Origin: Squalus acanthias
Lineage: Eukaryota
Assembly (NCBI GenBank): GCA_030390025.1
Contig: CM059432.1
Span: 62,870,001-62,934,000, forward strand
DNA length: 64,000 bases
Direction: 5' to 3'
A model generated the notes under the pieces. It was not told the DNA's origin. It did not search any database and saw only the letters and a list, made by a program, of their open reading frames with translations. The position numbers and the translations under genes were made by a program. This document shows positions 62,301 through 64,000 of this stretch, one piece after another (position 1 is the stretch's first letter; every line of letters begins with the position of its first letter).

Positions 62301-63567
62301 TTGTCATCATGTTCCTCTATCCTCTGCCCACATTGCTGTGGTAGATCTGCAGGAAAGTAGAATGGAAGGTAAAAAATGGTGATCACTACTGCCTTAGGAT
62401 TAAAGGGATAGTAAAAAGGGTGGAAGCCTCTTTGGGGACCTTCACGGACGTGACAGTGTAGTTGTTCAGTCAATAACCTAGCACTGGAAATATGTTGATG
62501 ACCTCGCCATAGCCCGTGGCACGTGCAGAGTGCTTCATGGGCATTGAGCGCCAATGTCTCCTGCAAGAAGATTGAGTAAGTGAGGGGAAGGCTAGTAATT
62601 GAGGAATATGTGTCAAGTGGCATGAGAGAGCTGAAGTAAGAGATATGGGGATATAAGGTTGTTAAAATGGAGGAAGGGGTTTTAGGGTTGTGCATGCGAG
62701 GGGAGCCAGGGTAGCCATAATGCAAGTTCTCAAGTTGGAGCTCCCTCACCCCTTAACATTGGAACATATGAAATTGACAGGCAGGAAGAGACCAGCTGGT
62801 CCATCAAGCCTGCCCCACATCATGATGGCTGTTGGAATCTTAACAAGAGAGCGTTGTGAAGGGTTAGTTGTACAAATGTTCCATTAAGAGGGTAAAGAAT
62901 GTGTTGGTACCCAGGGTGGGCAAGGAAGCAAAGGGAGTGCATCTGATGTGTTACCTTGCTTACCTTGGTGAGGTCATTGAACCTTTTGTGCGACTGGTCT
63001 GCAGTCCTGCGGGTGTGAGAGTTGGCATTCAATGCCAGTACCACTTCCCTCTAGGTGGTATGAGTGAGATTTGTGGCAGGCTTGCTGGCACAGACACCCA
63101 GCAGTCTGTGTTTCTTTAGCTCTATTTCCGCCAGGAAGGCTTGGAGATCAGAGTCTGGAAAATTCTTCTATGCTTGAGTACCCTGCCCTACTTCCTTGTT
63201 TGACTGCTCATTCCAGTGGTTCCTGCTGTAGACATTTTTGAAAGTATGAGGAGAAGATTTATGAGACACGCAGTGAAGTTATCCGAGAATCAATTGAATG
63301 AGTCAAACACCGCTCCTCGCTTACCTGCTTGTGCCCCCCACCCCCCGTTCTCTGCGGCACTGTTTAGCGAGAAATATTTTTGTAAAGGCTACACTCTACA
63401 TTACACTCATTTTACACAGGATTTAAGGCATCCACTGTTCCAATGAGCATGCAAATAAGCTGACCCAGGAAACGCTCATGTAAGTACCTGTTCAGACCAC
63501 CGGCGGGAGCAAATCTTTTTCCAGCAGTGTAACAGCAGTGCAAATCACTGGCAGGAAATTCAGCCCT
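59381..63567 (-). mobile_element. Degraded Harbinger Myb-gene relic split by CR1, approximate bounds
   Basis: RRTADQSHKRFNDLTKVSKV on the minus strand (about 62950-63010), acidic exon remnant at 62240-62330, TIR-like GGAAATTCAGCCC at 63555-63567. Confidence 0.45.
59822..62240 (+). mobile_element. 5'-truncated CR1 LINE; RT portion 60861-62144 still open (427 aa)
   Basis: ILDWVLCN, SDHN, YLDFQKAFDKV, KFADD, RPHLEYCVQFWSP; (CTTCTATG)n tail. Confidence 0.95.
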
Positions 63568-64000
63568 CTGATTTTTTTAATGTACATTTCCCGCACCTCC
63601 ATATTTCCCACAGAAGTCATTCTTCTCTCTGTTCCCTTCTTCCACTATTAGAAAAAGATAGTTTGAGCTACTGCACAATCGGTGGTCATGATTCAATTCA
63701 GAGAAGGGCCCTGAAAATCACCCTGCCTGATTGCTCCTATCAACAGACATTATTATCTCATACCATTCAGAAATAATATGACAGATGTGCTGAGCTCCAT
63801 AAACAGTTTTTAGAGGGATGCAAGTGTCTTCATAAATTACAAATTATACTGGGGCAGATTTGAGGCACACTTATTCATTGCATTGCATGTACAATTGCCA
63901 AATAATTTGCTCCGGGATATCAGAGCAGGTAAATAGTGAAAGATTGTTTCCCTTGGTTGGTGAATTACATTTTTTTTACATAAATGGCTATTAGAACGTT

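Noticed and set aside
62147..62749. 200-aa minus-strand ORF
   Set aside because: Chimeric across a Harbinger relic and the CR1 3' UTR.

Overview
Repeat-dense vertebrate genomic DNA; the CR1, L2, DeuSINE, Penelope and Harbinger content suggests a cartilaginous fish, which is inference. No host gene can be confidently identified. Bases 1-9390 hold the 3' part of an endogenous retrovirus inserted into a CR1 LINE. It has a gag end with a zinc knuckle, an in-frame UGA-CUA stop, then pro-RT-tether-RNase H-integrase, env, a PPT and a 1.6-kb 3' LTR. Its Env resembles a Mononegavirales F-type class I fusion protein, as in lokiretroviruses. Once one stop and one frameshift are repaired, Env appears to carry an N-terminal immunoglobulin domain, the most unusual signal in the window. 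Bases 13195-17412 are a young, nearly intact PIF/Harbinger transposon with an intact transposase and a 3-exon Myb/SANT gene broken by a tiny Penelope insertion. Three Penelope insertions carry four minimal hammerhead ribozyme motifs with visible covariation. The rest is nested CR1/L2/RTE LINEs, SINEs, Harbinger relics, MITEs and AT-rich unique sequence. Family names come from motif recognition, not database searches, and boundaries of old relics are approximate.
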